Below are positions 23,669 to 39,386 of a DNA stretch of 64,000 nt, in pieces. The stretch comes from Octopus vulgaris (Eukaryota): positions 43,028,001-43,092,000 of the forward strand of contig OX597827.1 of the NCBI GenBank assembly GCA_951406725.2, in the 5' to 3' direction. The translations under genes and the position numbers were made by a program. The notes beneath the pieces are model-generated. The model was not told the origin of the DNA and made no database searches. It saw only the letters and a list, made by a program, of their open reading frames with translations. Position 1 is the first letter of the stretch. Every line of letters begins with the position of its first letter.

Positions 23669-24352
23669 GCCCACATCAACAATAAGGTCGATATAGCTCG
23701 TAGGATGAGTTCCTGGATCTTAAGAACCTTCCGGTCCAGAGAACAAGGTGTCATCATTCTACTTTTCTCCTCCTTTGTACGGTCACACCTCGAATACTGC
23801 TGCCCCTTGTGCTCTCCCCATACGAATCACCCCAGAGGTCACTCACTAAACGAATTGAAGGCATGACTGATCTTGATTATTGGGACCGCCTTGAAGCCTT
23901 GAAACTCTAATCTCTCCAGCGCCGCCGCGAGCGGTACATCGTTTGTACGATGTGGAGAATATACCGCCAGCGTTGTCCGAACGAACTGAACATTAGTTTC
24001 AAGGTTCATCCAAGGCCGAGACCACGGGCTATACGTCCTCTGCCCAATTTAGGATCACTGCATTGGTACACTGCGACACAATTTCTTTTCCTCAACAGGC
24101 CCTGCCTGTTTGATATTGTCCCAAAACTGATCAAAGAGGAAAAGGATCTCATCACATTTAAAAGGAGTCTGGACAGATTTCTGCAAGGAATACCGGATAA
24201 GCCACCCATATCTGGATACAACTCACTCAACAAGAACTCACTACTTGAATGGACCATAAACAAAACTTGACTTAAACAGCATTTAGATAATCCAATCAAG
24301 TGGTGCTATGAAGTTAGACATGGCCTGGACCAATCTTTGGTCGAAACATATC
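23669..24352 (+). pseudogene. CR1-clade LINE 3' fragment (degenerate RT C-terminal region)
   Basis: Translates as ...WILRTFRSREQGVIILLFSSFVRSHLEYCCPL..., DLDYWDRLEALKL*SLQRRRERY and FKRSLDRFLQGIPD; contains stops and deletions. Confidence 0.8.
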
Positions 24353-24784
24353 TAAGTTTTATAAATACACACACACACACAGACACATATTCATTTAGAC
24401 ATTTATTAGTATAGACATTTACTAATGTTTGTACTAACAATTACGAGTAAAAACATGAATTTAAAAGCTAGGTGCTGGCGAAACCACCGTTCGTAGATAT
24501 TGGCATTTTCACTGAGTTTGAAAGATATGTTCACATTTGCAGGACAGCTGTATTCTATATTTGTTTATGATTTGTCGCCTGCGTTCCAGAATCTATATAA
24601 AATACGGTATGTTTGTACTTAACATTATGGGAATGTTCATCGAAATTTCTTTGTGCTGTAACGTATGTATCTGCAATAGAGGTATTTCCTCCTTTGATCC
24701 AAGAGTTTCTTAATTTGGAACGGATTTAGCTTTTGAAGCCAACTTTCCCAGCCATATTGTTGATATTCATAACCGGCATCACTA

Positions 24785-24864
<80 letters not shown>

Positions 24865-24973
24865 ATATATATATATATACATTTTATAAAACTTTTAACG
24901 TCTTCTCTTCTCCATCATTGTTGAGTTTATACAGGACACGTGTTCTATAAATGCTCATAACACACCTTATACA

Positions 24974-25009
<36 letters not shown>

Positions 25010-25059
25010 TATATATGCAGAGAGAGAGAGGGGGGGAAGTCCATCATACACACTGTATA

Positions 25060-25120
<61 letters not shown>

Positions 25121-25154
25121 GGTACGGGCTTGTCTGTGTGTTAAGAAGCCTGCT

Positions 25155-25554
25155 TAAGGCGGCGAGCTGGCAGAAACGTTAGCACGCCGGATGAAATGCT
25201 TAGCGGTATTTCGTCTGTCGTTACGTTGTGAGTTCAAATTCCGCCGAGGTCAACTTTGCCTTTCATCCTTTCGGGGTCGATAAATTAAGTACCAGTTACG
25301 CTCTGGGGTCGATATAATCGACTTAATACCTATGTCTGTCCTTGTTTGTCTCCTCTATGTTTAGCCCCTTGTGGGTAATAAAGAAATAGGTATTTTGTCT
25401 GCCGTTACGTTGTGAGTTCAAATTCCGCCGAAGTCGACTTTGCCTTCATCCTTTCGGGGTCGATAAATTAAGTACCAGTTACGCACTGGGGTCGATATAA
25501 TCGACTTAATACCTATGTCTGTCCTTGTTTGTTCCCTTGTGGGCAATAAAGAAA
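25155..25554 (+). mobile_element. SINE family B dimer inserted into the head of a family A SINE (25120-25990)
   Basis: Units at 25205 and 25389; flanked by TAAGAAGC(C/T)TGC (25142-25153 / 25555-25566); family A resumes after 25566. Confidence 0.82.
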
Positions 25555-25719
25555 TAAGAAGCTTGCATCTCAACCACATGGTTCCGGGTCCAGTCCCACT
25601 GCGTGACACCTTGTGAAAGTGTCTTCTACTATAGCTTCGGGTCGACCAAAGCCTTGTGAGTAGATTTGGTAGACAGAAGCTGAAAGAAGCCCGTCGTATA
25701 TATATATATATATATGTGT

Positions 25720-25770
<51 letters not shown>

Positions 25771-26009
25771 AGTCTGTCTGTCTGTGTTTGTCATTCCTTC
25801 GTTACTTGACAGCTGACATCGATACGTATACGTCCCTGTAACCTAGTGGTTCGGCAAAAGACAGCGATAGAATAAGTACTAGGCCGAAAGAAAAGAAGTC
25901 CTGGGGTCGGTTTGTTCGACTAAAATCTTTGAAGGCGGTGCTCCAGTATGGCCGCAGTCAAATGACCGAAGCAAGTAGAAGAATAAAAGGAAAGTATTCA
26001 TTTATCTAT

Positions 26010-26330
26010 CTTCTCCACCCTCTTTTCCAAGAAGAATCGTGGAGTAGTGTCCTGTTGCACTTGTTCCATTGGATCCAATCAGAAGCAACCGCCATTAGAC
26101 ATTCCGGTTGTATTCCCAAGTGCAGAAAACTGAGATTGTGAATATTAACCAGTCAATTCGCTCTTCTTGGCCTAATCCTCAGTCTCCTGCCGGTCGGATC
26201 GGTTTGAAAGAATCCGGCTTGCGATTCTTTTCTTCGACATTTTAATCTTATATCCGGAGTACTGAAGCTGTGGCCTCTCAACGCAGAGAAGTAGCCGCTC
26301 GACCTGGAGAGCTACGCATCTTATCTTGCT
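26010..26330 (-). pseudogene. RTE-clade LINE 3' fragment, highly decayed
   Basis: Minus strand with frameshifts gives LQVERLLLCVERPQLQYSG..KMSKKRIASRIL / PTGRRLRIRPRR / WLVNIHNLSFLHLGIQPECLMAVASDWIQW, resembling RTE C-termini (LRWFGH...GRRPRGRP...W). Confidence 0.6.
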
Positions 26331-26453
26331 AACAACAGCAGAGAATATATTTCTCAGAAGAGGTGTCCAATAACCGAAAAGTGACTGCTGCTTGCAGTAT
26401 CCACAAAGGGTTTGCGTAGGCCATAGTTATTGCTGCTTTCTCCAAACTCAGCA

Positions 26454-26533
<80 letters not shown>

Positions 26534-26729
26534 ACATCCTCTCCCAATCTACATTGTCTGTATTGCCTAAAAATGTCGATCAATTGAGTTTACCGGAAGC
26601 TATTATCACCCTCGATAACATTTAGATTTTTAAGTACCCCGGAGGGAGATTTTGTATAATAATTGCTTGGATAATCTTAACTGGTTTTTCAACTTACTAT
26701 ACTATTATGAATGAGACGCTACCATATCT

Positions 26730-26808
26730 GCAGTTTTCTATCTGCCATTCTTTCAGTTGGTCAGTCTCTTTTTCTCTCAGTGTCTCTGTCTGTCTGTCTG
26801 TCTGTTTA

Positions 26809-26842
<34 letters not shown>

Positions 26843-27111
26843 AAAGCTCTATCTCCCTCTCAGTCTCTCTCTCTGTTTTGTCTGTAACTTTCTCACTAAC
26901 CCCCTCTATTTGTCTATTACCTCTTTTACTCTCTTCCCCTCTCTCTGACAATCAGCTCTCTCTCACTCTCTCCGTCATTTCTCTTCATGTCTCAATGTTT
27001 TACCTTGTCTGTCCGTCCGTCTGTCCGTCTGTCTGTCTCTCTTTGTCTCTCTCTCCCACACACACACACACTCCCTCTCTCTCACACACACATACTCTCT
27101 CTCTCTCACAC

Positions 27112-27157
<46 letters not shown>

Positions 27158-28400
27158 GCTCTCTCTCTCTTTAAGTCTTCAATCTTCACCTTCCATTCAA
27201 TGTTTTACTTTATTCTTAGTCTCTCTGCCAAACAGTCTTTATCAGTTTAAAATGTCTTTCTTTCATCTCTCTATCCTTCTTTATCAGTTTATCTCTCTTT
27301 CTTTCTCTCTCACCTTTTCATTATTAGTCTATCATTATCTCCCCCTCTCTCTTTCTTTGTCAGTCACTCTATTTATTTCCCTGCTACCATCCCTCATTCC
27401 TCCCTCTATTGCAACCGAATCATCAAGACCAGACGACCACAAGTTTGCGTAACTGTCCATACGTTACACTCACACGCTTTCACTCCTCTCACTCCTTTTA
27501 CACTCTTACGTTTTCTTTTACACTCCCTCCCTCTTTTTTTTACAACACTCTCTCTTTTGCACTTTCTCTCTAACATCCATTAGTCTTTCTTTCTTTCTCT
27601 CTCTAACACTTCTACTATTTCTCTTAGACTCTCTCTCTCTCATTGTCTTGACTCTCTATCTCTTTTACTCTCCCTTTTTCTCCCATCCTTTCTGATTGAT
27701 TCTTACTCTCACTCTTTTTTCTCTCCGTTCGTTTACTCTTTCTCTTTCTCTTTCTCTCCTTATCTTATAACATCTCTATCTTTTCTTTACATCTTAGTCT
27801 CACTTATCACTCTGCTTTTCTGTCGTTTTCTCCCCCTCATCTATATTTTACTCTTTTACTCGCCCATTCACATGCTTTCCTCTCTACCCTTTTCCCTCTC
27901 ACTTTTCCTTCCCACTCTTTCTCTCTTTCCATTCCCTTTCTTTCTCTACATTCTCTCTCCCCCTCACACTCAATACCATCGCTTTCTGCTTCTCTTTTTT
28001 ACCACCATCTCTCAATCTATTCCTTTTCTTTCTCCCTACCTCTACTCCCCTCTCTCACACCCCTTACTTCCTCCCTCTCGCTCTTACTCTGTTTCTCTCC
28101 CCTCATCTTCATACATTCCTTTACTTTCTCTTGTCGCTTCTCTCTTACTCATCGCTCCCTTCCTTCTCTCACTCTTCCACTTCCCCCTCATTTCTCTGTC
28201 TCTATTCTCTTACTCTTTCTCTTTCTCTCTCTCTCTCTCTCTACCTTTTCTCTCTCCCTCTTCGCTTTCTTCCTCTCTCTCTCAATATTCGCTTTCTTCT
28301 TCCTCCTCTTCTCTCTCTCTCTCTCTCATCGCTGCTTCTTCCTATCAGTCTTTCTCTGCTTCTCCTTCCCCTTATCAATTTTTTCTATCTATCTCTTATT
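26730..28400. repeat. Long CT-rich polypyrimidine low-complexity tract (similar tract 40500-41150)
   Basis: Plus strand almost devoid of G over ~1.7 kb. Confidence 0.9.
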
Positions 28401-28878
28401 GTTTTATCAAATGGGATTTTTACTTTGAAAATGGAGGAAGCAAAAAAAAAAGACAATTAAAAATGAGCGAGAAGAGATAATACTAAAAAAGATAAAGAAA
28501 AAAAACCCAGAAAAAAACATAAAAAGGAAAGACAAAATAGAAATAAACGAACATTGAAAAGACAGTTAAAAGGAAGAAAAATAATAAATATATTATTCAA
28601 AAAATATTTTAAAAAACCCCCCAGAACAAACGAAAAGAGATAAGGATGAATGAAATACGAATGCGATAATCATTTATATTAATGTTAGTAATAATAAATA
28701 ATGATAAAAGAATGTAGTAACAATTATCCTTTCAAACCATAACAAATTCATGTGTTGTCATTATATTGACCGCAAAAGTACAGCAAAATTGCTTCAGAAC
28801 TGTAAGAAAATTTATACGCGCCCGCGCGCACTGACAGTCGACGTTCAGTCTGTTTTCCCCACCTCCCTCTCTGTCTTT

Positions 28879-28919
<41 letters not shown>

Positions 28920-29019
28920 ATTCACACACACAGACACACACATTCACATTCACACACACACGCATGTAATGTGAATGACATGTATTTAAACATTATCTAT
29001 CTATCTCTCTCTCTCTCTC

Positions 29020-29055
<36 letters not shown>

Positions 29056-29113
29056 CATATATATATGTGTGTGTATATATATACATACATAAATATATAT
29101 AAATATATATATA

Positions 29114-29154
<41 letters not shown>

Positions 29155-29161
29155 GATATAC

Positions 29162-29295
<134 letters not shown>

Positions 29296-29296
29296 G

Positions 29297-29347
<51 letters not shown>

Positions 29348-29719
29348 CCGACACACACACATGGGAAATCCCTCCGTTGAACTAATTTTTCTTCTGCTTA
29401 GACACTGGCAATTGAACCTTGATATATTCCCGTGGCTGCAAAAAACTAAGATAAATAACAATAATTGTACGTCACATGTCTAGCATAAGTGTAGGACTGT
29501 CATTTAACAAAAGGAATGATGACGATGATGATGATGATGCTGATGATGATGGTAGTGGTGGTGGTGGTGGTGGTTGTAGTGGTGGTTGTAGTGGTGGTAC
29601 TGGAGAAATAAAAAAAATGGAAAACTGCTTCGAAATAGTTTAACTGCTTCAGAGCCTTCAGCCCCTACACGAGGATATTTTGTCGAGCCCTGTTTTGACC
29701 ACCTGCTAGGTGACAAAGC

Positions 29720-29960
29720 AGTAAACAAACCAACATCGGCTGTCAAGCGATGGTGACAGGCAAATACAAAGACCCTTGCACACACACACACACATATGAC
29801 GAGATTCTTTTAGTTTCCTTCTACCGAATCCACTCTCAGGAACTTGGTCGGCTCGGGGATATAGTAAAAAAGATTTCCCCCAGGTGCCGTACAGTGGGAC
29901 TGAACCCAAGACCACATGGTTGCGAAGCAAGGTTCTTAACCACACATCCACGCCTGTGCC
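29720..29960 (-). mobile_element. SINE family A, diverged partial
   Basis: Head and core recognisable. Confidence 0.7.
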
Positions 29961-30059
29961 TATGCTGCACATACAACGCACACAAACACACGCACACATG
30001 TGTGTGTTTGTGTGTGTGTATGTGTGTGCGTATGTATAAATTTATACATACACGCACAC

Positions 30060-30260
<201 letters not shown>

Positions 30261-30294
30261 TAAATTTCTTTGAATGTACTTTTCTGTCTCCGTA

Positions 30295-30325
<31 letters not shown>

Positions 30326-30500
30326 GTGTCTAGATTCTCTGAATAACATTCCGAAAGTTTAAATTAAAAACGTTTATTAAGAGACTCCTACTCCACTGGA
30401 AATTTCTGAAGGGATCCATCAGGTATCCACGGACCCTTCACCTGTTTTGGGACCCAACCCTCGGAGATATGTACCGTCCTGAACCTCCTTTTTATTGGCC

Positions 30501-30651
<151 letters not shown>

Positions 30652-30804
30652 CCTATCTATCTATCCGCTCATCCATACATATGTGTGAGCGCATGTGTGA
30701 ATGTGTGTACTCATCTCCGTGTCACATGAACGGTAATTTCCAGGAACATATATTTCCTCTAATTTCGCTTGTCACGAAATTTATTAAGACGTGTTTATAT
30801 ATGA

Positions 30805-30856
<52 letters not shown>

Positions 30857-31194
30857 GTATTCAAGTGTTTGCGTATGACATAGGCATTCTTTAAGTAGGA
30901 TTCTGTGGCTAACATTTAGTTCCAGGCTAGTTTTGATTGAACAGTGCAATGATTTAAAGTCACTCCAGCCGTGAACATCCTGTTTTCATGTAACATCATC
31001 ACTATCCAATAATTAATTTTTTTTTACGATAGCTCACAACTGATTTAAAGTGTGATTTCGTTGCTATTTCTAACAACCCGAGCGACCACGTAGTCGCCTT
31101 CATTTGTGTTTCCACCCAAGAACACACATACACACACACACTCATTTATAGCTGTACATACTCACATGTAAACACACACACACACTCCCTCTTT

Positions 31195-31225
<31 letters not shown>

Positions 31226-31551
31226 TTCTTTCCTTCTCTCTCTCTCACAACTACATGCATCTGTTAAATATCAGACTGGGGAGGCTTAGATGGGATCGCA
31301 ACACAGTCGCTAGCCTGACCTGCCTTCTAGAAATAGCAGCGAAATACTCTTCATTATCCTACTCAGCCGTCTTAAAGTATGCTGGACACATTGAAATGAG
31401 AATGTAGTTCCGGATATACTCTCTAGCCATGAAATTAAAGGAAACGGGTTTGTCACGGTTGGAAAACTTTTGATCAACAAGCCTGCTAGATAAGAGATTA
31501 CCTGGAATTAAACAAGTTCAACAACAAAACCGAGTGCAGTCCACTTTAACG

Positions 31552-31579
<28 letters not shown>

Positions 31580-31584
<5 letters not shown>

Positions 31585-31614
31585 TTGGTAAACGGAAACT
31601 GAAAGAAGCCCATC

Positions 31615-31678
<64 letters not shown>

Positions 31679-31930
31679 ATGTATACATGTATGTATGTAT
31701 TTGTGTGTTTCTGTGTCTGTGTCTGTCCCCCCCACTATCACTTGACAACCGATGTCGGTGTGTTTACGTCCTCATAACTTAGCGGTTCGGCAAAAGAGAC
31801 ACCGATAGAATAAGTGCTAGGCTTACAAAGAATAAGTCCCGGAGTCGATTTCTTCGACTAAAAAAACCCTTTAAGAAGGCGGTGCTCCAGCATAGCCGCA
31901 GTCAAATTACCGAAACAAGTAAAAAAATAG
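31580..31930 (+). mobile_element. SINE family A, 5'-truncated
   Basis: Body from ATTTGGTAAACGGAAACTG to tail. Confidence 0.8.
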
Positions 31931-32689
31931 CCTTTGGGCTAAAACATTTTTAAGGATTTAAGGATTTATATATATGGATGTATGTATGTATGTCTATGCA
32001 TTTGTGTGTGTGTGTGTTGTGTGTGTGTGTGTGTTGTTCTTGGTCGGCCCTCGTTGAGTGGACTTAATGGCCAAAGACTGACTAAAATAACCATACCGTC
32101 ATTTTCTTTTTTCCTCTGCAGGCATGGTATATGTAGGACTACATTATCGCATGTGTCCTTCCACATGTATAAGACGGTAGGGTGTTATTTGGTGATATAT
32201 ATATATATATTTGGCTGCTATTTCTAGCAGATCGCTTGAATGACCGACCGTACACGCAATCTTTTATCTTTTCGTTGTTTTAGCCATTCGACAGCGGCCA
32301 CGCTGGGGCATCGCCTTCTAGGGTTTAATCGAAAGAATCGGCCCCAGTATTTATTTTTAAGCCTGATACTTATTTTTATCGGTCCTTTATGCCAGCGGTA
32401 TGGGTTTTAGGTTTTATATACAATATAACGATATATATATACATACATACATGTATATATATATATATATATACATACATGTAAATACATACATATATAT
32501 ACACATGTAAATACACACATATATATATATACATGCATATATATATATATGTACAGATATATACATATATATGTGTATATATATTATATATATATACACG
32601 TATATAGACGTACATACGTGAATATAATGTGTATGTATGTACGTATGTATAAATTAGAGATGCATCCGAATACGCAGCCACCTTAGTTC

Positions 32690-34225
32690 CCTATCAAAAC
32701 ACTGCACTGACACCACTAAATTACCACTACTACAGCTGCTATCATCCACGACTACCACGGCTAGAACTGGTGCAACCACGTCTGTCAATACTACTCCCAC
32801 CACCATTGACACCGTTACCACTAACACGACGATTACGACTATTAACAATGATATTATTACTAATACAATTGCTACCACAGCTGTTGGTGTTACTCTTACC
32901 GCTGCTCCTGTTACTACCATAACGTTACGATTTCCTGACACCGCCACCCATAGCTATGTGTACAACGATCACCAGCATCATCATTAGCATTAGCATTAGC
33001 GCATTCACCACTTTCTCTTTACCATTATTGTATCTACTCCAACTATCCCTCCTGTGTGGTTTGTTACTCTGTCTACGTTTTATTTTATTTCCCCCCCTCA
33101 CTCTGACTTTCTTTCGTCCTAATTCAAAAGCGTCCACCTCCGCTACCAACACCACCACCACCATCATACACTGCAACGCCGGCTACGACTTCTGCTGGTG
33201 CTGCCTTCCTACTTCGGCTACCACCACTGTCAGCATGTACTAACACTACTACTAATACTTGCAAGTGTTCTACTGCATCTCTTACTACTACTACTACTAT
33301 TAATACTACTAATACTACTACATCTATGTAGTTATACAGCTATTCCCCCTCCCACCACCGTACTGTTGTAGAACCAGTGGCGTCACCACCACTACTGCAG
33401 CTGCTGCTGTTGTTGCTACCACGATCTTTCTTATCTACTCACACCACTACCAGTAAATCGGGGCTATCTCCACCGCCACCACTCGTAGCATTACCTACTT
33501 ACTGTATATGCAAACTGCTGCTACTACGATTGTTTGCATCTACTGACACTGCCACCCACCACTAATCAGCAGCAGGTCTACTGTCACCACTACGGCATCG
33601 CGCGCACGCACGCTACTGTCACCACCGTTGCCACCATCGCCACTGAGTGTTCTGCTATCTCTGCTACCACGACGGTTGGCATTTACTCACACCGCTTCCA
33701 CCAACTAGTCAGCAGGTCTACTGTCACCACCTCCTATACCATCGTCATCATCATAATCATCACCCTCACCACCACCACCACTACTGAATGACCTACTATT
33801 ATTGCTACCATCACAGTCAACATATACTCACACCACTACCCAGCAGCACCACCGCCACCGCCAACTTCACTACCGCTGATATAACCTCTGTTGCTACCTT
33901 GTCACTTGACATCTACTGACACCATTCCTCCCTTTTAGATTTAACTCTTCGCCGCCAACTCCACAACGGCTATTACCACTGTTGCTACCACGCTAATCAG
34001 CCTTAGCTCACACCGCTACCATTATCACCACCGCTGTCATCTCCCTCAATATTATTTCTGCTGCTACCACCACAATCGGCCTTAACTCACACCGTCACTG
34101 CTATCACCACCGCCGGCATCTCCCTCATTATTATTATTATTTCTGTTGCTACCACCACTGTTGGCATCTCCTGGCACCATTACCACCATTCAGTTTCTCT
34201 ACTGCCACTACCACCACCAATAGCA
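32690..34225. repeat. Degenerate (ACC/ACT)-rich trinucleotide region with internal ~75-bp duplication
   Basis: Triplet periodicity without a long ORF; 34000-34072 duplicated at 34079-34158. Confidence 0.75.
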
Positions 34226-35902
34226 ACAAACCTAGCAGTGTTATATATAGTTTGTTGTGTGTTTACAATTGCATCGTCTCTCTCTCTCTCACTCTCTCTC
34301 TCTCTACACACACAGTACACACATATACACACACAAACACACACACATACATACATGCATGTATGTATATGCCTTCAGCCATACATTCGAGATTATATAT
34401 GTATATATACACTCACACAGAGGCACATACACGTAGAGAAAAGACGGAAGAAGAGAGAGTGTGTGTGAGAGCGTGAAAGATATATATATATGTATGTATA
34501 TATATATGTATATATCTAGGCAGATGTATGTATATATATAAGTGTGGAATATATATATATAATATATATTTATAATATATAATATAATATATACATGTAT
34601 ATATATATACACCACACTGAGAGAGCTGGTACACGTGTGTATATAGATACATACACACAGTTGTCATTTCACATGGTCGTCTGACATTTTACAAAATTGT
34701 CAATGAGAGAAAAACGAGAGATGAACACATAGAGAGAGGGAGAGAAAGAGAGTGTATATATTTATATATATACCAAGGAAAGAGACAAATAGGGAGAGAA
34801 AGCGTGTATATATTTATATATGCATCTATATACCAAGTTGACACATACGAGAAAAAGTGGAAAATTATACACACATTTATCAACAACAGGCCACGTTTAA
34901 AAAAAAAAAAGAAAACTGTAAGCATATATATATAGATATATATATAGATAGATAAATACATTATCATATATATATATATATATATTATACATTTATATAT
35001 TTATATATTTATACAATATAGAGCTTAACATATGTATATATATTTGCATATATACATAAGTATATAAATGTGTATTTATACATTGGCATAGAAACAAAAA
35101 AAGAAAAAAATTACACAAGCGTATACGCATGTATTGTTGAAGTTTTTACTTGTGTGTCTGTTTATATATATGTATATATATACACATGCATATATGCATA
35201 TATTTTAACATCCATCCATCCATCCATCCATCAGTTCATCACTAAATAGAAATTCACACACATACATATATATATATATACATATATATATAATATATAT
35301 CTATATATATATTTATATACACACATATTGTCAGAAATACATACACAACTGTATACGCAATCTACACACTTTTTTTTTCAATACTGTTCTGTATATTTAC
35401 ACATTTTGTGAAGTTACCACCAGCAACCGCGCAACACACAACACAGATCTATATAGTATATATATTGTATATATACCTATATATATATAGTATATATTCT
35501 GATATATATATTTATAATCCTACATACAGAATACTTAAAACTTTCACAAATATATATATTTATATAGATATAGATATATATATATATACAGGCATACATA
35601 TATATATATAAATATAATTCACATATCAGTTATATTCCATACTATATCATATACATATATATATATATACACACGTATATATATATATATATATAGACAC
35701 CATATACCATATACCATTTGCTATAGTTTATTTACCATATTACCAAAATTATATGAAGTGTTATAACTAACAGAGAAACTCCATAAGTCAGAGGTGATTC
35801 CAGTGAGATTTTTTCCAAACTCGAAAAAAAAAAATATATATTCTAAGTTCGTCGGAAACCTAAATAAAAATTTAAAATTTAAAAAAAAAAAAAAAAGTAA
35901 CC

Positions 35903-35957
35903 ATGAACATCGCACAGTTAATAAGGGCTGCTGAATTCCTGGAAAGGAAAGACAGAG
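35903..35957 (+). CDS. MXD: First coding exon of a Mad/Mxi1 (Max dimerization protein)-like gene: Sin3-interaction domain
   Basis: ACCATG Kozak context; MNIAQLIRAAEFLERKDR(E) vs recalled human MXD1 MNIQMLLEAADYLERRERE; phase-1 donor AG|GTATGT at 35958. Confidence 0.85.
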
Positions 35958-36515
35958 GTATGTGGAATTCATTATTATTATTATTATTATGATTATGGTC
36001 AGTTATTGTTATTTAATGTTCGTTTTTGTTGTTATTATACTGCCATCGTTTCTTGGGACATCTTTTCAGTTGTGTGCGTATGTATGTATGCATATATGTA
36101 TATATGTATGTATGTATGTATGCATATATGAATATATGTATGTATGTATGTATGTATGCATATATGTATGCATATATGTATGTATGTATGTGTCTGTCTG
36201 TCTATCTACACACATGTTTATATACCGTCATCTGCCTGTCTGCCTATATCTATATATGTATCTGTCTGTCAGGCTGTCCGTCTACATATGTACACTCACA
36301 CACATACATACATACTCACACACACACACACACATATATATATGTATATATATACACACTTTCATACATCCATGTATATTGATTGATGTATACATCCATT
36401 CACGACGAACACATGTCTATACGAATCGGGCTGTCACTGCGCCTCTTGCTGTGTGTATATATATGTCCTTGTGTATATAATACCAGTGAACATATGCGGT
36501 GGTTATGCTTGCTTT

Positions 36516-36556
<41 letters not shown>

Positions 36557-36695
36557 CGTGTATGTATCTGTCTGTGTGAATGTATGGATGTATATCTACG
36601 TTTGTGTATATGTATGTACATCTGTGCTTATAAAAAATCTGCTGTATATAGGTCTATACCAATTACCTGTGTATATATTTATGTCTGAATGTCGC

Positions 36696-36818
<123 letters not shown>

Positions 36819-37083
36819 ATGTACCAATGTATTAATGTGTGAATGTACATGTGCAATATAGATTATTTAAATGTCCTCTGTACTTCTGTATTGTGTAAAT
36901 AGATTCACAGTTGATTCATATGTAAACAATTTTAGCATGAACTTCCTAACGGACATATATACATATACACATCATATATATATATATACGTGCTTGTGTA
37001 TGTGTATGAATACATACACACATGTGTGTCTGCGTGCGTGTGTGTATGTGATCATGTGTTATTTGTTCATTATACATACGTGC

Positions 37084-37122
<39 letters not shown>

Positions 37123-37727
37123 GAATGTATAGAGAGCCTAATCGAAGGAGCTAAATGTGCAGGCAGGCAGGCACAAGGACCTAGTCCCATCAATTCTTTT
37201 TCCCTTATTTTTTTTTTGTCCTGGGATCTCAGGCAAATGTCTCCCATGTAGTTTACTAAACAGTAGCATTCGTATATTTTATAAGGAAGGGAGCTTCCGG
37301 AAAAAGAACTTTGAATTCCTTGATGAATGAAGTTTTGTCTGTGGGACACATGCCGTGCTGTGCCATGCCATGCCATGCCATTCATTGTCATGCCGTGTGT
37401 GCGCGTGCGCGCACGCATTTGTGTGTGCATATATATATATATATACATATATGCAGATATATATGTATGTGCAGATATATATGAACCTGTAATATATATA
37501 TACATATACACCTTATTCAAATATATGTTTGGGAAATATAACATATACATATATTGTGTATGTTAATTATAAATATATATACTATACGCGCACACACACA
37601 CACACATATATATGGGGTCGATAAATAAAGTACCAGTTTCGCACTGGGGTCGATTTAATCGACTCAATCCCTTCGTCTGTCCTTGTTTGTCCCCTCTATG
37701 TTTAGGCCCTTTCTGTGCAGTAAAGAA

Positions 37728-37759
<32 letters not shown>

Positions 37760-37812
37760 GTACATAAGAATTTATATACTTTGCCATTCCACGAATAGTA
37801 TAAGCTGTACAT

Positions 37813-37857
<45 letters not shown>

Positions 37858-38138
37858 CAGAGCGATAGATAGATTGATATATACACACATGTGTGTGTGT
37901 GTGTGCGTGTATCTAACTTTTGTAAGGCCTTATTGTTACCGTATATTTTTTCCAGAAGTTTTTATAGTCGTCTATTATTGAGTGTTGTTTAGTATCTACA
38001 ATAAACACACTGCTTTGTAAAATACTCCACATTTATTCTATACACATACATAAATACATAGAGTACTTTTACGCCTGTATACATACACGTATGTGTATGT
38101 ATATATACAGGATAGATAGATAGATGGATGGATGGATG

Positions 38139-38232
<94 letters not shown>

Positions 38233-38293
38233 GTAGGTAGGTAGGTAGGTAGGTAGGTAGGTAGGTAGGTAGGTAGGTAGGTAGGTAGGTAGG

Positions 38294-38352
<59 letters not shown>

Positions 38353-38374
38353 ATAGCTGGACAGATAGGTGGAC

Positions 38375-38433
<59 letters not shown>

Positions 38434-38761
38434 CTGGCGTGTGTGTGTGTGTGTGTATGTTTTGTAGTCACGTCTGCTCTTGTGTTTTCTCGTCATGGCT
38501 GCCCGCCCTGAACTTTTTCTTCTGATTCAATGTATATATAAACAAACCTGCATATGCATTCATGAGCAGTCATGTGGGCGCGAGTGATTGCCTAGCCGCA
38601 TATATATATATGTGTGTGTGTGTGTGTGTATATATATATGTGCATATATATATATATATATATTACTAGGCTTACAAAAGAATAAGTCCCGGGGTCGATT
38701 TGCTCGACTAAAGGCGGTGTTCCAGCATGGCCACAGTCAAATGACTGAAACAAGCAAAAGA

Positions 38762-38825
<64 letters not shown>

Positions 38826-38834
38826 TTGTTTGTG

Positions 38835-38866
<32 letters not shown>

Positions 38867-39276
38867 TATGTGTGTGTGTGTTTGTTTGTGTGTGTATATA
38901 TATATATATATATATACATATATGTGTGCGTGTATATGTGTGTATATATACACACGTGTGAGTATATGAATATAAACACACACATACACACACACATATA
39001 TATATATACATACACATGTATAAATAATATATATACCCATATATATGTATATTATATTTATATTTACTTATATGTGAATATATATATATGTGTGAGTGTA
39101 TATATGTATGTATATATTATTGATATATACACGTGTTCATCTGTATATATTCGTGTGTATATATATATATTAATATATATATAAATACATATGAAAACTA
39201 TACACATAACGTGTCTATATATGTCCGTCTTATTCACACATGGTCTTAAGTGTGTATATCTATCTATCTATCTATC

Positions 39277-39386
<110 letters not shown>

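Noticed and set aside
32690-34225. Mucin-like Thr-rich coding region
   Set aside because: Frequent stops and frame changes, no splice support; decayed triplet repeat.
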